20,009 nucleotides of DNA from Malacoraja senta (taxonomy: Eukaryota), in assembly GCA_038087875.1 (NCBI GenBank), contig JAXLNO010000433.1, positions 62,001 to 82,009 on the forward strand. The letters are read 5' to 3'. The notes beneath the pieces were generated by a model. It saw nothing but the letters and a program-made list of their open reading frames with translations, was not told the DNA's origin and did no database searches. A program made the position numbers and the translations under genes. Positions 17,700 to 20,009 of this stretch are shown here, in pieces. The first letter of the stretch is position 1. The number at the start of each line of letters is the position of its first letter.

Positions 17700-18516
17700 G
17701 TGTCGGAGCAGCAGTGGGAGATTTCAAAAGGTAGTTGTTCGATTGGCTAATTGAATGCCAATAAATTGGCAAGTTGGGCAGTCAATACAAAGAAGACAAA
17801 GTATAGAAGAGTGATGTTTAGTGAGCCGTGAGAGGGGCTGTGTTGAGGTCAAGTGCTGTATTGAGGGTCAGTGTGACGCTGTGTTTCAAGTACTGTGGAT
17901 TTGACTCAAGGAGCCTTCAGCAAGGAGGCTCAGCAAAGGCTGAGCAGAGGGTAACAGGAGGTAAAGGTGTGGTCTGCTGTTTCTTGTGAGTGAGTGGTGT
18001 GGTTTTTACTCTTGGTTTTAGAGCAGTAAAGATGGAAGGTGGAAAAAAGACATGCTGCTCCTGCAGAATATGTGTCAGGGAAATGTCTGGTATCCCTGAT
18101 GACCACCTGTGGGTGGTGTGGTCAGATGCAGCACCTTACGGAGAGCATTAGGGAACTGGAGCTGTGGCTGGTTGACCTCAGAACCATCCAGAAGAATGAG
18201 AGCGTCATCGATTAAGCCACAGCAAGATGGTCATGAAAAAGATAAAGCAAAAGAGTAAATGGGTGGACAAAGTGTGCGGAGAACCCACTGGCCACTTACC
18301 GTCAAAACAGGTACACAATTCTGGATACTGTTGGGGAGATGAGCCGTCAGTGGTGAGTGGCAGTAGCAGTGTGGTCTGTGGCACCAAGTCAGGCTCAGAG
18401 ACACAGCAAGGAAGGGTAATGTCAGGCAGAGCCACTATGGTATGAGACTTGTTAGTTAGGGGGACAGAGCGGAGATTCTGTGGCAGCGTCGAGATTCCAG
18501 GATGGTGCATTGCCTC
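17700..18516 (+). mobile_element. Old CR1 5' UTR and ORF1 fragment
   Basis: From about 18031: CCSCR...PDDH...IRELELWLVDLRTIQKNESVID and ..LVRGTERRFCG..DSRMVHCL, homologous to ORF1 at 14255..14926; the 5' boundary is approximate. Confidence 0.7.
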
Positions 18517-18770
18517 TGCAACTCCCTGGATAACTCATCCCTTCCCACCCAAACCATTCCACTCCACAGTAAGAAGATGCAACACCTGTCCCTATACCTC
18601 CTCTCTCGATGCTGTCCAGGGACCCTGACAGCTCTTTCAGGTAAGGCAGAGGTTCACTTGCACCCCGTCCAACCTCATCTACTGTATCCGTTGTTCAAGG
18701 TGTGGACTCTTATACGTCGGCAAGACCAAACGCAGACTGGGTGATCACCTTCACTCAAGCCGCCTGGACC
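18517..18770 (+). mobile_element. Second Penelope-like GIY-YIG fragment
   Basis: RRCNTCPYTSS..VQGP*QLFQVRQRFTCTPSNLIYCIRCSRCGLLYVGKTKRRLGDH. Confidence 0.85.
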
Positions 18771-18774
18771 TACC

Positions 18775-20009
18775 TACTTTACTGTACTTTATTGCTTTAT
18801 CATTGTAGTGGTGCATACAATGAAATTCAGGCGCACTGCCTGAGTGGAGCTCAAATATACAAGGTAAAAAATAACAATAAAATAACAACAAAAAAGTGAG
18901 AAAAATAAAAATTGTTCATGCACTCACGTGCACATACTGTGACACATACACACAGATTCACACATGCATACACATTATGCCTACGTATGCACCCTTACCA
19001 GAATATAAGATATTGTACACAGAAGGTCACTGTCAGAATATAAGATATTGTACAGAATAGTACTATAAAAGTAAATATTATAAATGAATTATTGCACAGT
19101 ATAAGTATTGTACAGTATATATATTGACTATGGGGGGTGGGCTTTCAGTGCAGAGTTCAGTGTGGTGAAGGCCTTGGGGTAGAAACTGTTTGTTAGTCTT
19201 GTGGTGTGTGCTTGATGGACCTGTAACGCTTTCCTGAGGGCAGAATGGCAACAAGTGATGGGCGGGATGAGATGAGTCCTTTAGGATGCAGGATGCCTTC
19301 CGCAGGCAACAGGATCTATAGATCTCTTCCAGGGCTGGCAGGTGTGTGTTGGTGATCTGGGCTGTATTGATGACTCTCTGCAGAGCCTTCTTGTCAACCG
19401 CAGAACTGTTGCCGAACCACACCGGGATACCATGTGTCAGGACACTGTCAATGGAGCAGCGGTAGAATGACACTAGCAGCTGTTGTGGCAAGTTGACTTT
19501 CCTGAGTGTTCTTAGGAAGTAAAGCCGTTGTTGTGTCTTCTTTACCAGGGAGTGAGTGCTAGTTGACCACCTGAGATCTACTGAGATGTGGGTGCCCAGG
19601 AACCTGAAACTGGAGACTCTGTCCACTCTTTCCCCGTTGATGTGCAGTGGGGGATGGTCACCCTGCTTCTTCCTGAAGTCGAGGATAAGTTATTTTGTTT
19701 TTTTGGTGTTCATTGCCAAGTTGTGCTCTGAGCACCAGCCTATTAGCCTCTGTACCTCCTCCCTGTGAGCTGACTCATCGCCCTCAGTGATCATCCCCAC
19801 TACTGTCGTGTCATCTGTAAATTTAAAGATTCTGTTTGTGTCGTGTTGGTATACAGTCATAGGTGTGGAGAGAGTAGAGGAGGGGGCTCAGCACACAGCC
19901 TTGTGGAGCCCCTGTGCTGAGTGACAGAGTGGGAGAGTGGTGGGTGCCCATCCTGACTGACTGAGGCCGGTCTGTTAGGATGTCCTTTATCCAAAGGCAG
20001 ATGTTGTGT
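18775..20009 (-). mobile_element. Rex1/Babar-type non-LTR retrotransposon, RT C-terminal half and 3' UTR, defective; continues beyond the window
   Basis: [74 protein letters not shown]; in-frame stops and frameshifts; tail-like TACTT repeats at about 18775. Confidence 0.88.

Noticed and set aside
19000..19055. Direct repeat CAGAATATAAGATATTGTACA x2
   Set aside because: Ordinary local duplication in a retroelement 3' UTR.

Overview
Repeat-dense vertebrate genomic window, most likely from a cartilaginous fish (skate/ray; inferred from the HE1-like SINE and the CR1, Rex1/Babar and Penelope repertoire). It holds one host gene: an intact IFIT5-like interferon-induced TPR protein (main coding exon 7853-9293, + strand). 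A candidate micro exon 1 ends at 1449 and reads ACG-AG|GTAAGG instead of the usual ATG-AG|GT. The gene is bracketed by two closely related young CR1 LINEs pointing toward each other: 1-1329 (+, directly abutting the putative promoter) and a near full-length but frameshifted copy at 10772-15565 (-). The minus copy has an SGNH-esterase ORF1, an APE-RT ORF2, a 90-bp tandem array at its 5' end and a templated patchwork 5' junction. The putative intron contains a decayed IR/DR Tc1 transposon (6322-7778), a probable non-autonomous Helitron carrying a G-rich minisatellite, and older CR1/SINE fragments. Downstream are Penelope GIY-YIG fragments (one with a minimal hammerhead ribozyme core), Rex1/Babar fragments and an old CR1 ORF1. 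Family assignments come from motif recognition only, and boundaries of old fragments are approximate.
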